IMG/VR virus record: IMGVR_UViG_3300032516_005094
Length of the DNA: 64,000 nt
DNA from: a virus
Reading direction: 5' to 3' (one strand)
The position numbers and the translations under genes are program-made. The notes under the pieces are model-generated. The model ran no database searches. It was not told the DNA's origin and saw only the letters and a list, made by a program, of their open reading frames with translations. Of this stretch, positions 50,701 through 58,740 are shown one piece after another (position 1 is the stretch's first letter; each line of letters starts with the position of its first letter).

Positions 50701-51573
50701 CCTAGGATTACAAGCGATAGTATAACCGGCATATAGTGCTTGCGTCCATGTGACACCACCATCGCCGGATATTAAGGTAGTACCCATACCACTACACGCA
50801 AATATTTTAGTACCATCGGCACTACAAGTTATATCTCTCCAAGGTTGAGACGTTGGCAAAACAGCCTGTGTCCATGTGGCACCACCATCAGTCGATAGCC
50901 AAATATTTTGGTTTTCTATAGCCGCTAGTATAGCGCCGTCAGCACTACAAGCTATACCATACCACGTAACTTGTGGAACGAGTGCTTCTTGCCAAGTCAA
51001 ACCGCTATCAGTCGATAGCCAAATACTACCACTCCCAAGCGCACCGGCAGCTATTTTAGTACCATCGGCACTACAGCACACACTAAAAAAACCAGATTCG
51101 CCTGGAATAGGATATTCTGTCCAAATAGCACCGCTGTTATCAGAAATAACGATAGAATTTGAATTGTAAGCAACTGCCACTATTTTAGATCTATCGCTAC
51201 TACAAGCAATATCTTTATAGCCGTGTGAAGGTGACGAAGTAACAGTCCAAGGACCTCCACCATCACTAATGTAAACTTTTTGACTTTGTATATTAACTGC
51301 AGCTAATTTGGTGCCGTCACTGCTAGCGCAGATTCCGTACCATACACCAGGAAAAGCTTGTGTAGAAAAAATTGTTTTATCCGTCGAGACATAAATATTG
51401 CCACCATAGGAGCCTAAAGCAATAAGTCCTGTCGTAGGTCCTGTGGTAACTAAATTGGGTAAGAAATTTACCGCAGCATCTAGAGCATGTGCAGAACTCG
51501 TTAAAACTACAGTATCGTCTATACCAGCAGAAGGTGGATTAGTGACCGATAATGTATTTATTTTTTGATTCAT
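44713..51573 (-). CDS. Very large tail spike/fibre protein (2286 aa): Asp-box propeller plus beta-helix
   Basis: Six S.D.G.TW-type Asp boxes near the N-terminus, then DDTAFAQAI...IPGTY pectate-lyase-like helix. Confidence 0.75.
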   Translation of the reverse strand: MNQKINTLSVTNPPSAGIDDTVVLTSSAHALDAAVNFLPNLVTTGPTTGLIALGSYGGNIYVSTDKTIFSTQAFPGVWYGICASSDGTKLAAVNIQSQKVYISDGGGPWTVTSSPSHGYKDIACSSDRSKIVAVAYNSNSIVISDNSGAIWTEYPIPGESGFFSVCCSADGTKIAAGALGSGSIWLSTDSGLTWQEALVPQVTWYGIACSADGAILAAIENQNIWLSTDGGATWTQAVLPTSQPWRDITCSADGTKIFACSGMGTTLISGDGGVTWTQALYAGYTIACNPRGQVVVVADAPSQLAYVSSDAGNNWTQFTATALWLSSVVVGFTGLVININSHGLIDGQAVYFYTTTTLPAPLQAFTTYYVKYIDANNFGLSATYQGSAITLTDQGTGVHSLLKAFNVRLRDPWDNVLKTTNLTGLSSNQIAALNASDTPNSSNALITNSYLTNQLLGKKGFVTVGPAGSNADFESDDDTAFAQAINFILTRNANGGWIIVIPGTYNFTKTITVPSGICIEGVHPQTAIIVAGGNFSAFELTGSSSRLDKLQIQAPSATTKAVVKISGEKCIIEKCLITNFTYAGLQVAGYRNKVISCRIEDTASAASQGIILQSFQNNINWCSFVGSFNYGALKVEGNDCGCFNSYFDSTLVGYSYLILSDSVSNTRLVGNHFGSNDSLILSYDYGTTSVRYGNTPNTPNVNQNNFALPLANYTGQPTLSTSSATLSNNFTTNGADNLTDILSNLDLFLQRSFEERNFFLSSNDPTYDPTGVPTAGVGSWDGSNLSVPTFYIHSTLARAGRWVVNSASYALDAGQVLYVEINQTLDAADIVLTPMVAAYPLPLTASTDAWRLVLAVGLGGNQAIWLEGFRLLTGMTSFDIEGTLLPLARFIGVTDIKNPSAPFNGFAAGTAADLTTKLGAQSKLLENLYERTNLSLEPVTSDAEFSTDPVAGNYLDTTVGLPSRPTHIVQAFKLTYALVPTSGLYVFDSVSSSWSKVTGHPLVPDFTALSFVGVSIGILTTAGAIAAYNPYLNTWATYSPVIDEYTSILLPFASSRILGAFPLGGQADYALQTDNFTYFTTLNGYTVRYSLKNNTLNYVPRAYTQDVGDRGLLGPSLKDSAYNTLRDTKDLFETLDNGVSYTTGLPCSKGKLINFAGTYWYSQILDFSSFDLINFAYDEFSGAWLAVYTNNSYNFILGGGKDTSYLYSVQGDFDDFQTHYWVLNPIKQEVIALGAKTSTGAFTAQISSYNVDALTWTWTTQILGVSGTSQGCIAIYDTYSAGDLWVLVSNPARSNRPTVWKRNGTTGNWTSTTLTNSVSDVSDTLVPAAVANSFLYVATGATKLKGYAAVSPTAINFYVADNARSNRPTVFNYNRSSGSYTGVRLAEAAGAGVDVVVIHATANSADIFLGAFYHAPSRTNFFAVQRADNYTVFFAHHEVVANFAGWTNIKSNLNQFTIPSTKALITNKITGDNTDSLNSPYVFYLLCSQGFITITLGGSNSNFTSVISFSKLEYTSKLLGFSSTGTSIYIPQVGSLRGGEPSVSVGSWAKTDTANIQAAGIGLDPGLGDGIFWSEAGSYVKHIKRTSNGIKEGSLWSGVNRGGYLWIADSSRRTRQTELTPNHVTLRGNYDVTNLGAITGDYDFATNGTQVAFVYANSGIGNVLSFLLWDIETETVLAYERGGFAPLNPAGISACGSTPRILYNTVTATWDIVVQDNSREGGQVAFYRRTEAGDWSLETIGAVSGDKTLAEMVANAGLNPCKPILVNNGDIVLCTSDISSNLLIFYRVHSLNQWATSGQITGGGFNKPVLAVNSLGQYWVFGGYDGANARIAKSNSYVSGFSVYSSDISDVYNRVFNPRYYISNDAIVVASPLTQAGTAVDNQEMGVFRFPATATDVANIFAAKGRLIGFLGEEEIDYGDHSFTSDGKLLYSAERSGRTDRHYSIRISRNGFKTLGDSALGSGRLLTLGNRCYREEYASASRPLIVEYDYDYNIISYRDNLPIAEREPGTFLTLRYPYAADASPSNLFSDANLPSGSLNAVDAREFPLICGNTRIQGGPGAGLLYFGAMVSISASYLPATNLLRLEAMKALTIKGTWKITAPNSGTAYTITGPIVYLLDASATGSHLVLQFPNTGTLTLDSVANPLTYWSNLDYTQNSYALVLGEVRERYFTLYSKTKLTYGNIENTVLANPVKYYTRNKEFLKEFFITPLTIDSLAVQEVGALDGIQKQNFSVLGHLLLVQGLPPNGTGYHYFVVFNIATADSMLSGMKFQHVAGKFENIVVFNS

Positions 51574-52526
51574 TTTTTAAGCTCTACAAAAAAATGATGG
51601 AAAAGATCATCAATTGTTTTTTTGACATCTTCCATATTAAAGTCTCTTAAATCTTTTCTATACAGGAATTTTCTATCCTTTAAATCCGGATTAGAATACT
51701 GAAGGTATACCTCAATTTCTGCGGCTGGATCAGTCGAGTGCTTATATTGTACCAGTTTTTCTCTATTAGATAATTGCTGCTTTGGGGTTGCTATGATTTT
51801 TAAACTTAAATAGTTCTTTTCATATTCCTCTTTAACATCTTCTGGCTTATCACTTATAATACTTATGCCTGCCTTTATTATATTTTTTTTATCCCAAGAC
51901 TCAAATTTTTTAATCGGATTATCTGCTTTAACCTTACCAAACTTTGCACCTTGGTCTTTAATATAGTCGAATATTTCTATGACCTCTTTATAACCACTGC
52001 CAGTCGAGGGGATTAGCTTGGCTTTAATTTTGGTCGGATCTAAAACTAGCAGTTGTACTTCGTCTGAAAAGATTGAATCCGTATCGTCAAACACCGCGTC
52101 GTAACCTGCCTGCCTTAATAACTTATTGAAAAGACCAGACTTTCTCTCAAAGACCTGCTGTAAGCAACTCCAAGCGGCTTTAGCTGGTTTGTCGTGTTCT
52201 AGGAAGTAGTCGAGTTTATCGGGTGAGACTTTAAGTTTTTTGACTAAAGATCTTGCATCTTCCTCAGTTTTTATGTCTGATAGGTCTAAGACTTTAAGAG
52301 AATCAGGTACATCGACAGCAAATTTATATTTTTTCTTATGCCAGCTTCCTTTTGTACGGAAGTTTTCTGGGAATAAATAAATAGCGGCTGGATCACGATG
52401 CCAAGTCTTGGGATTTATTTTTAATTCGGGAAAGTCCGAGTAATGTACAAATCTACCGCGCCATTTTTGGTAATCTGCCAAAATGTATTTTGTTTTTACC
52501 TTAGCGTTGAACAAATAAAACCTCAT
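51570..52526 (-). CDS. Leader-tagged protein with an ADP-ribosyltransferase-like fold
   Basis: Leader MRFYLFNAKVKTKYILAD; FVHYS...INP...DPAAIYLFP and LRQAGYDAVFDD...EVQLLVLDP. Confidence 0.5.
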   Translation of the reverse strand: MRFYLFNAKVKTKYILADYQKWRGRFVHYSDFPELKINPKTWHRDPAAIYLFPENFRTKGSWHKKKYKFAVDVPDSLKVLDLSDIKTEEDARSLVKKLKVSPDKLDYFLEHDKPAKAAWSCLQQVFERKSGLFNKLLRQAGYDAVFDDTDSIFSDEVQLLVLDPTKIKAKLIPSTGSGYKEVIEIFDYIKDQGAKFGKVKADNPIKKFESWDKKNIIKAGISIISDKPEDVKEEYEKNYLSLKIIATPKQQLSNREKLVQYKHSTDPAAEIEVYLQYSNPDLKDRKFLYRKDLRDFNMEDVKKTIDDLFHHFFVELKK

Positions 52527-52555
52527 TTTTGTTTAGACTATTAAATCTGATTCGG

Positions 52556-52599
52556 AAATAAACAGTTGCGCGTATCTAAATAAACAGTTGCGCGTATCT
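52556..52599. repeat. 22-bp tandem duplication in a divergent intergenic region
   Basis: AAATAAACAGTTGCGCGTATCT x2, followed by GTATG x3. Confidence 0.9.
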
Positions 52600-52651
52600 A
52601 AACGTATGGTATGGTATGGTCTGGTCAGTTTTAATTGAGTTTTAAAAGGAG

Positions 52652-53116
52652 TTGAAAATGTCAGAGACACAAGACGTTGTAACGGTACACCCAGGTCAAA
52701 CGCTTCAATTTGTTGTAGAGGAAACTGTACTTAAAACTACCCCGTTTGGTATTTCTTCGCAGACTACTCAGAAATTGGTGCCCTTGACGTATGAGCAAAT
52801 TATTGCCAACTTCCAAGCGCAGACCAAGCCCAATAAAAATCAGATCAAAAAAGTACCCTCGGCTTCTAGAGCCTTTAACCGTTTTTGCAGCTTGTCTCAA
52901 ACAGCATTAGAAACAGGTTACGGTCATTTAGGTGCGGCTGTTGAAAAGCCTAAAGTAGCTGAAGACCTTGTTGAGAAGATCAAAGAGTATCCACAATCAT
53001 TGTTTTACGCGGTGACTGAGAAGTCTAAGAACCACCTGCGGTTCATTTTCAACAGCTCGTATTTGACTTCGGATCAAAAAAACGAAGTTAAAAACTTCTT
53101 AAGTAATCTTACCTAA
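52652..53116 (+). CDS. Hypothetical protein
   Basis: AAGGAG RBS; followed by a terminator. Confidence 0.7.
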   Translation: MKMSETQDVVTVHPGQTLQFVVEETVLKTTPFGISSQTTQKLVPLTYEQIIANFQAQTKPNKNQIKKVPSASRAFNRFCSLSQTALETGYGHLGAAVEKPKVAEDLVEKIKEYPQSLFYAVTEKSKNHLRFIFNSSYLTSDQKNEVKNFLSNLT

Positions 53117-53121
53117 AAATT

Positions 53122-53153
53122 AGGTGGTGACCTTTTATGGTCGCCACCTTTTA
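53122..53153 (+). terminator. Intrinsic terminator
   Basis: 11-bp stem AGGTGGTGACC/GGTCGCCACCT (one G-U pair) plus T-run. Confidence 0.8.
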
Positions 53154-53390
53154 AATTCGTTTATGTTTTTCATAAACACCGTTAACCCCACGTAGCGCCG
53201 TCCCAGTCAATTTTGCCCTGGATTTCAATTGCAAAAAATGTCATGCACCCAATGCCAAGCCACCATCCCATCTTCGTCCACTAAACGGGGTGGTGGCACC
53301 TGTAAGGGGTATGGCGACAAGAAAAGCTTGTGAAGGGTGCCCACTTTAAAACAAAAAAGCCCGTGGTTTTAGATAACTATAGCTTTTCCC

Positions 53391-53417
53391 TAAATTTATT
53401 CCAAAATCTGCCGATAA
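53391..53417 (+). promoter_or_regulatory. sigma28-type promoter
   Basis: TAAA-N15-GCCGATAA, about 24 nt before the ATG at 53441. Confidence 0.75.
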
Positions 53418-53440
53418 GTTTTGTAACAGGGGGAGCTAAC

Positions 53441-53887
53441 ATGAAAGCCTTACTCGAAATTTACTTGTCAGATATTTCAAGGATAGCTTTTTTGTCAAGT
53501 GGGATGACGGAAAGTATTTGCAGACAAAATGCTTGGTGCTTCGTTCACAAAAGCGAGAACGATGGGGAACGCGAACTTAAGAGCGGTCGTATCGTAGACG
53601 TTGCTGACGAGTTAGTCGCGATCTGGGACGGTGATGACCTGAGTGCCATCAATACAGCGCGTGCGACTCTGAAGCTTGTAAACGGCATCTTGCACTGTAA
53701 AGCAACAAGTGACGCCCCTAGCGATGACTTGGTTTCCACTTGGAATGCTTCTGATGCAGCGGCTGACTACGAAGACAGAAAAAAACTTGAAACTGAAAAA
53801 CGAAACCTGCTGATCAAAAGCTTAAAGAAAATGTACGAAGACACGGAAGCACGCGGCTATTACGGTCCAATTGCTGGCAGTCTGTAA
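53441..53887 (+). CDS. Hypothetical protein
   Basis: GGAG RBS before the ATG at 53441 (the ORF-track start at 53330 is probably too long). Confidence 0.7.
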   Translation: MKALLEIYLSDISRIAFLSSGMTESICRQNAWCFVHKSENDGERELKSGRIVDVADELVAIWDGDDLSAINTARATLKLVNGILHCKATSDAPSDDLVSTWNASDAAADYEDRKKLETEKRNLLIKSLKKMYEDTEARGYYGPIAGSL

Positions 53888-53896
53888 TTCAAACTG

Positions 53897-54223
53897 TCAG
53901 GTCTTCCAGCTTCTGGTGCTTCCTCGTCCTACTACTGGTTGTTCGTTACGTTTTACTATTTTCCATCCCGTATTAGTTTGAATAAGTAGCCGCGTTTTAT
54001 CCCAAGAGTATACACCATGGGTATCATTAGGTGCCTCACCACCAAAAGTTGGAAGGTTTGACATATCCCTGTCGCTGAGAATCGGTTCGTCCCTCCGCGC
54101 ATCGCTCTGTATTTTTTCTAAAAGCTCCTCTAAAGATTTTACAGACTTTAATTTCTTCCGTGCGATTTCCTGTGCTCCCGATACGACACAGTATTTGGAT
54201 TCCAATTTTTGCAAAAAAGACAT
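53897..54223 (-). CDS. Leader-tagged small protein (LPTFGG...WD motif)
   Basis: Starts MSFLQKLESKYCVVS; DMSNLPTFGGEAPNDTHGVYSWD. Confidence 0.7.
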   Translation of the reverse strand: MSFLQKLESKYCVVSGAQEIARKKLKSVKSLEELLEKIQSDARRDEPILSDRDMSNLPTFGGEAPNDTHGVYSWDKTRLLIQTNTGWKIVKRNEQPVVGRGSTRSWKT

Positions 54224-54303
54224 ATCTACCTTCCTTTATATTTATATATTTCACACACACCCAATCTTATGAAGGCATATTTGTCCAGGGCATAAACGCA
54301 TTT

Positions 54304-54344
54304 ATTATCGATACACCCAATATTAAGGCAGGTAATTTTAACTA
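54304..54344. repeat. 41-bp exact repeat, partner of 2712-2752
   Basis: Exact reverse-complement match. Confidence 0.95.
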
Positions 54345-54529
54345 GATTTATTTCTATTTTTTTCCTGATAAATTGTCTTTACCTCGATGACACCTTCGCT
54401 GACTAATTTTTCGACTTCTTTGACCGCTATGCGAAGTGCGCTGGCGTACCCACTGCGCCAACCATACCAATAGCTTAAGTAGAAACCAATAATGAACAGC
54501 CCGACTTCTAAATAAAAATTATCAAACAC
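54338..54529 (-). CDS. Small membrane protein
   Basis: Hydrophobic segment followed by GWRSGY. Confidence 0.55.
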   Translation of the reverse strand: MFDNFYLEVGLFIIGFYLSYWYGWRSGYASALRIAVKEVEKLVSEGVIEVKTIYQEKNRNKSS

Positions 54530-54541
54530 GTTCGCCTCATG

Positions 54542-55150
54542 TTAAGACTTGGACAGATACGCCTTCATAAACGCATTTGTCTGGTGGTTATTAGCCTCAT
54601 ACACTGAGGCAAAGGTGAAGCTGCGTCCTGCGTGTTTTCCGCGCATGATCTTTGAATATGCATTGTTTATCCGGTCGGGATGAAAAGTACCGTATGAAAC
54701 GGCTGTACCGTCTTTGTAAACGCCAAAGACTTCTTTATCTGTGCTGCCCTTCCAAACAAAGGCGGTCTGCTCATATTTTTTTGTAAGCTTCTCAAGTACG
54801 TCTTTTAGCTCACCTTCGCGGGCTAATGGTGCAGCGATAAATAACGAATCTTCTGCTGCACTATCCGGCACCTGATCTCCGGTTTCAGACCAATAACCTT
54901 TCAGCCAAAAATAACCAAAACCGGATTGCCTAATATCTTTGGCTAGTTGCAAATTTGCTTGCAGATTTTCTTCGCGGCTTTGCGTGCTTTTAAAGGCAGT
55001 TATAATACCGAAAGCATTATCTTTTTTCATATGTTGCCATATACGCGAAAGACTACTGCCGTCTACCTCAGTATATGCGGTTAAAAATTGCTGCTCTGAT
55101 ACAGAGGACGCAAGCTGGTATTTTTCTTGGATTTTATTTAAAAACTGCAT
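54542..55150 (-). CDS. Leader-tagged DUF3293-like protein
   Basis: Starts MQFLNKIQEKYQLA; SSLSRIWQH...FGIITAF...N.QL..DI...G.GY..LKGYW...EDSLFI. Confidence 0.6.
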   Translation of the reverse strand: MQFLNKIQEKYQLASSVSEQQFLTAYTEVDGSSLSRIWQHMKKDNAFGIITAFKSTQSREENLQANLQLAKDIRQSGFGYFWLKGYWSETGDQVPDSAAEDSLFIAAPLAREGELKDVLEKLTKKYEQTAFVWKGSTDKEVFGVYKDGTAVSYGTFHPDRINNAYSKIMRGKHAGRSFTFASVYEANNHQTNAFMKAYLSKS

Positions 55151-55380
55151 AGTTACCTCACAAATTAATCTATATATCTTATCGGTATTTTAGTAAAGAT
55201 CCTTTACAATTGTGTTAGGTGCTTATAAAAGCCCATTGCTAAAAAAAGATAGCAGGCAGGTCGTTGTTACCAACTACCTTTAATTACCATAATAATTACC
55301 ATAAATGTACAATTTTGTACATAGTTTGATATACCTCTTTCGGTTTTTTTAAAAAAAACTTTAGTTATATAAAATAATAT

Positions 55381-55408
55381 TAAAGTTTTATTTATTTTTT
55401 GACGATAA
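55381..55408 (+). promoter_or_regulatory. sigma28-like promoter (16-bp spacer) for the SNF2 gene
   Basis: TAAAGTTT...GACGATAA, 26 nt before the ATG. Confidence 0.55.
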
Positions 55409-55433
55409 AGTATTATATTTAGGAGATATTAAT

Positions 55434-57473
55434 ATGTTAATTGAAACCAAACAAAATGATTTGCTTACATGGCTAGGCGATCAATTGGATGCGACTGACG
55501 AAGTACGCGAACAAAATGGTATTGGTTTCAATAAGTTTGACAAAGGCACTTGGCGGCATGTTCGTGGCAACGAAGATGCAATGAAAAAGCTTTTAGCCAA
55601 GTACATGAAACAGCTTAGTAATCGTTTTGGTAACGATACGATTACGGCAATAGACTGGACTACAAAACAAGCTATTGTAGTAGTTGCTGTAGATAACTTC
55701 GGCTATACTCTAAAGTTAGAAACCGTTATTAAACTCGACCGTGATATCTTTATGGAATACGTTAATTACGTTAAAAAAACGGGCGGTCGATTTGCAAATT
55801 ATTTGTGGTCGGTGCCTAAGAATTACGATTTTGATGCTCTCAGAGCACATCTTGATAAATATAATATTGCTGTGAGTGACATTCCTACGGGAGAAAAACC
55901 CCAACAATATGGTGTATATGTATCTAAATCTGTTAGTGGTTTGTATCAAGTAAATCATGCTTATTGCGAAAAACTCAACGCAGCTTACCGGAACGCAGAG
56001 GAGACTAGCGGTGTTTTGGGGTTTGATTGGGATACGAAAGCACGCTTAATCGGCAAAGATCAGATTGAAGATTTGGATGAAATGCTAGGGGTAATCCGTA
56101 ATTACTATCCTACATGGACCGTTAAATATGATTTCGATATCGAAGCGGAGCGTGCCCGCCTAGCGGCTGAAAAGAACGCGCTTCGCTTTGACGATGTAGG
56201 TATGCAAAGTTTGCTGAATGAAGGTATGAAACCACTACCTTACCAACTCGAAGGTTTTAAATATTATGTAAAATTTAATGGTTGTGCTTTAAATGGCGAC
56301 GATATGGGACTTGGTAAAACATTTCAAACACTTATGTATGCCGCCCATGCCGGTCTGAAAACGGTGGTTGTTTGCCCTAAAAACGTGCGTAGGCAGTGGT
56401 TACAAGAGGCTAAAAAATTCTTTAAAGACGGAATTTTCCAAGGCTTAGAAATTAATTCTTTATCCAAGCTAACTTCCCTTGCGGGTTATAACCTAGTGAC
56501 AATCAATTATGAGATTGTCGATAAGTTTTATGATCTACTGGCAAATGCTGGATTTAACTTACTTGTGATTGATGAATCCCACCGGATTAAAAATCCAGAC
56601 GCAAAAACTACTAAACGTATTGTCTCTCTTGCCGAGAAATTTGCTCACCGTATTTGTCTATCCGGTACACCTATCAAAAATAAAAAACAGGAATTGTTTA
56701 CTCAGGCAAATCTAATAGCGCCTAAGACGTTTAAGTCTGAAGGCGAAGTTATTTTTAGCCGCACGTTCGATGTACGCGAAAAACTCAAAAATTTCTTCTT
56801 TAGACGTACAAAAAAACAAGAGTTGAAAGACCTACCAGAAAAACTGCGTTCCATTGTTTCAATTGAAGCAAAAGGTCGTCGGATGCCTGATTTATTCAAA
56901 GGGTGTCTGATTGGTGATATTGCCAGTATTAAATCCTCGCTAGCTCAGGCTAAAACGCCTTATACTATTGATTTTGTTGACGATATACTCGACAATACCG
57001 ATTCCAAAGTTATCGTTTTTAGCGACAGTGACGATGCGGCAAGTGCCATCGCTAAATACTTCGGTGAGCGTGCAGTGCTCCATATTGGAGCTACTAGCCA
57101 TGAAAAGCGTGAAGTAGCAAAAATAACTTTCAATGATGAGACATCTAAAGTTCGAGTTTTTGCAGCGACTACGGGATCGGCAAGGGAAGGTCTAAACTTA
57201 ACCGTAGCAGATAAAGTTGTGTTTAATGATTTACCATGGACACCAGCAGATCTTAATCAGGCAGAGGCTCGCGCACACCGGCTTGGTCAGAAAAACTGCG
57301 TCAACGTCTACTGGATGCAAGTTGACCGCAATGAGTTTGATACGCGATCAGTAGAAATTATTAAAAATAAAATGAGAATTTATGAAGCATTAATTAATGG
57401 CAAAAAATTAACCGAGGAAGAACAAGCTGTAATGAAAAAAGGTCTTATTTCAGACCTTTTAGAAAAACCGTAA
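55434..57473 (+). CDS. SNF2-family (HARP-like) helicase/translocase
   Basis: GDDMGLGKT, VIDESH, LSGTP, REGLNLT and QAEARAHRLGQ motifs. Confidence 0.95.
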   Translation: MLIETKQNDLLTWLGDQLDATDEVREQNGIGFNKFDKGTWRHVRGNEDAMKKLLAKYMKQLSNRFGNDTITAIDWTTKQAIVVVAVDNFGYTLKLETVIKLDRDIFMEYVNYVKKTGGRFANYLWSVPKNYDFDALRAHLDKYNIAVSDIPTGEKPQQYGVYVSKSVSGLYQVNHAYCEKLNAAYRNAEETSGVLGFDWDTKARLIGKDQIEDLDEMLGVIRNYYPTWTVKYDFDIEAERARLAAEKNALRFDDVGMQSLLNEGMKPLPYQLEGFKYYVKFNGCALNGDDMGLGKTFQTLMYAAHAGLKTVVVCPKNVRRQWLQEAKKFFKDGIFQGLEINSLSKLTSLAGYNLVTINYEIVDKFYDLLANAGFNLLVIDESHRIKNPDAKTTKRIVSLAEKFAHRICLSGTPIKNKKQELFTQANLIAPKTFKSEGEVIFSRTFDVREKLKNFFFRRTKKQELKDLPEKLRSIVSIEAKGRRMPDLFKGCLIGDIASIKSSLAQAKTPYTIDFVDDILDNTDSKVIVFSDSDDAASAIAKYFGERAVLHIGATSHEKREVAKITFNDETSKVRVFAATTGSAREGLNLTVADKVVFNDLPWTPADLNQAEARAHRLGQKNCVNVYWMQVDRNEFDTRSVEIIKNKMRIYEALINGKKLTEEEQAVMKKGLISDLLEKP

Positions 57474-57494
57474 CCGCTTCTTAAAAGAGATATT

Positions 57495-57827
57495 TTAAAA
57501 ATCATCTAATATCCCCAGCACGACACTGCCGTCTTTCAGCAACAGCGCGTCCCAAGTGGTATTCTTCCGCCTATCGTAATCGCCACACCAATCATCGTCG
57601 GTAAGGTCCGCGAGTAGCTGCATGATTTGACGAGCCTGCTCTTGACTTGTAACTAGTATTTTCTTCTCCAACGAAACTCGCCAACCATCATCGTCTTCAA
57701 CAACTTCAGCCTTTCCCGCGAGCATCTCCTCGTACACCTCTGAGAGCCGCGTCTTGGATTGCTCAAACAAGAGAGCACCGTAATCCCCGTCCCCGCTAAT
57801 TTTGAAAACCAGTAGCTCCACCAACAT
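57495..57827 (-). CDS. Hypothetical acidic protein
   Basis: ORF only. Confidence 0.55.
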   Translation of the reverse strand: MLVELLVFKISGDGDYGALLFEQSKTRLSEVYEEMLAGKAEVVEDDDGWRVSLEKKILVTSQEQARQIMQLLADLTDDDWCGDYDRRKNTTWDALLLKDGSVVLGILDDF

Positions 57828-57872
57828 ATTAAAACCCCATTAAACCCTTTTGACTAACAACCCATACAGACA

Positions 57873-58139
57873 CTATTTGTTGTGTGGTCCGTTCTTCCAA
57901 AGCCCTCGGCTACTAACAAAATCCGAAACATTAGTCTCAGATATGACAACTTGTTCTCTCATTATTCGGTAACCTTGTTGAAAGTAGCAAGGCATCTTCA
58001 TTCTTTTAGTGCCGTACTTTTTAGTACACTTTTCTTTTTGCCTAGCAGCACTGATATTCAACGCTTTGCATAGCGCATCTACACTCACGTAACCCTCGAT
58101 TATGTCAACATCTATACCATCAACTGTCATATTTCTCAC
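57873..58139 (-). CDS. Antirepressor N-terminal-like DNA-binding protein
   Basis: YVSVDALCKALNI...QKEK pattern. Confidence 0.45.
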   Translation of the reverse strand: MRNMTVDGIDVDIIEGYVSVDALCKALNISAARQKEKCTKKYGTKRMKMPCYFQQGYRIMREQVVISETNVSDFVSSRGLWKNGPHNK

Positions 58140-58380
58140 CTACTTGTCTCCAAGACCAGATTTTGCTGACAGCATATCTATATTTTTTCGTTTGCCAAGA
58201 ACAAAATTGGCATGTACGATATTAGGCAAATAATGCTGGATTGCAATCCGATTTGAGAGTATTCAAATGGTACGGGGTCGAACCCTTACACTTTAAGACC
58301 TAACCGCTAGGGATCATGATCTCTCAGAGTTTTATTTTTTAGTTATTAGTTTTATTGTCAAAGACCAAACTAGTCGCCGA

Positions 58381-58740
58381 ATGGCTACGAAAACTATTAA
58401 TATCTGGGTTTATTTTGTCAACAATTATTTAGCGAGCTACGCTCGCAGAATACTTTATATCCCCGCCCTAAAGGATGATAAAATGGCTTTTGATGTGAAT
58501 TTGCTACTTAAATTAGCATGTGATGAAGACGCACCCTCCATTATTAGATTGGAGGCTAAAAAAAAATTACGTCATTATGGCTATAGCGAGATTCTAGATC
58601 AGCGAGTAGCCGAGCATATGATAGAGTTAAAAGCTAAAGTACGCCAAGAGTGCGTCGAAAAAGATCCATTAAATGGTGGTGATTTTTTTGATCAAACCAT
58701 AGAAATGATTCATCAAGAGCTGAAAAATATTAGAATTTAG
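58381..58740 (+). CDS. Hypothetical protein
   Basis: ORF only; start uncertain. Confidence 0.5.
   Translation: MATKTINIWVYFVNNYLASYARRILYIPALKDDKMAFDVNLLLKLACDEDAPSIIRLEAKKKLRHYGYSEILDQRVAEHMIELKAKVRQECVEKDPLNGGDFFDQTIEMIHQELKNIRI

Noticed and set aside
54160-54345. ORF ending IIDTPNIKAGNFN as a paralogue of 2711-2986
   Set aside because: Only the 41-bp repeat is shared. The ORF overlaps a better-supported minus-strand gene and lacks an RBS.
58268-58320. tRNA-like fragment on the minus strand (CTAGCGGTTAGG...GGGTTCGACCCC...ACCA)
   Set aside because: No anticodon arm and no pairing acceptor stem; at most a relic.
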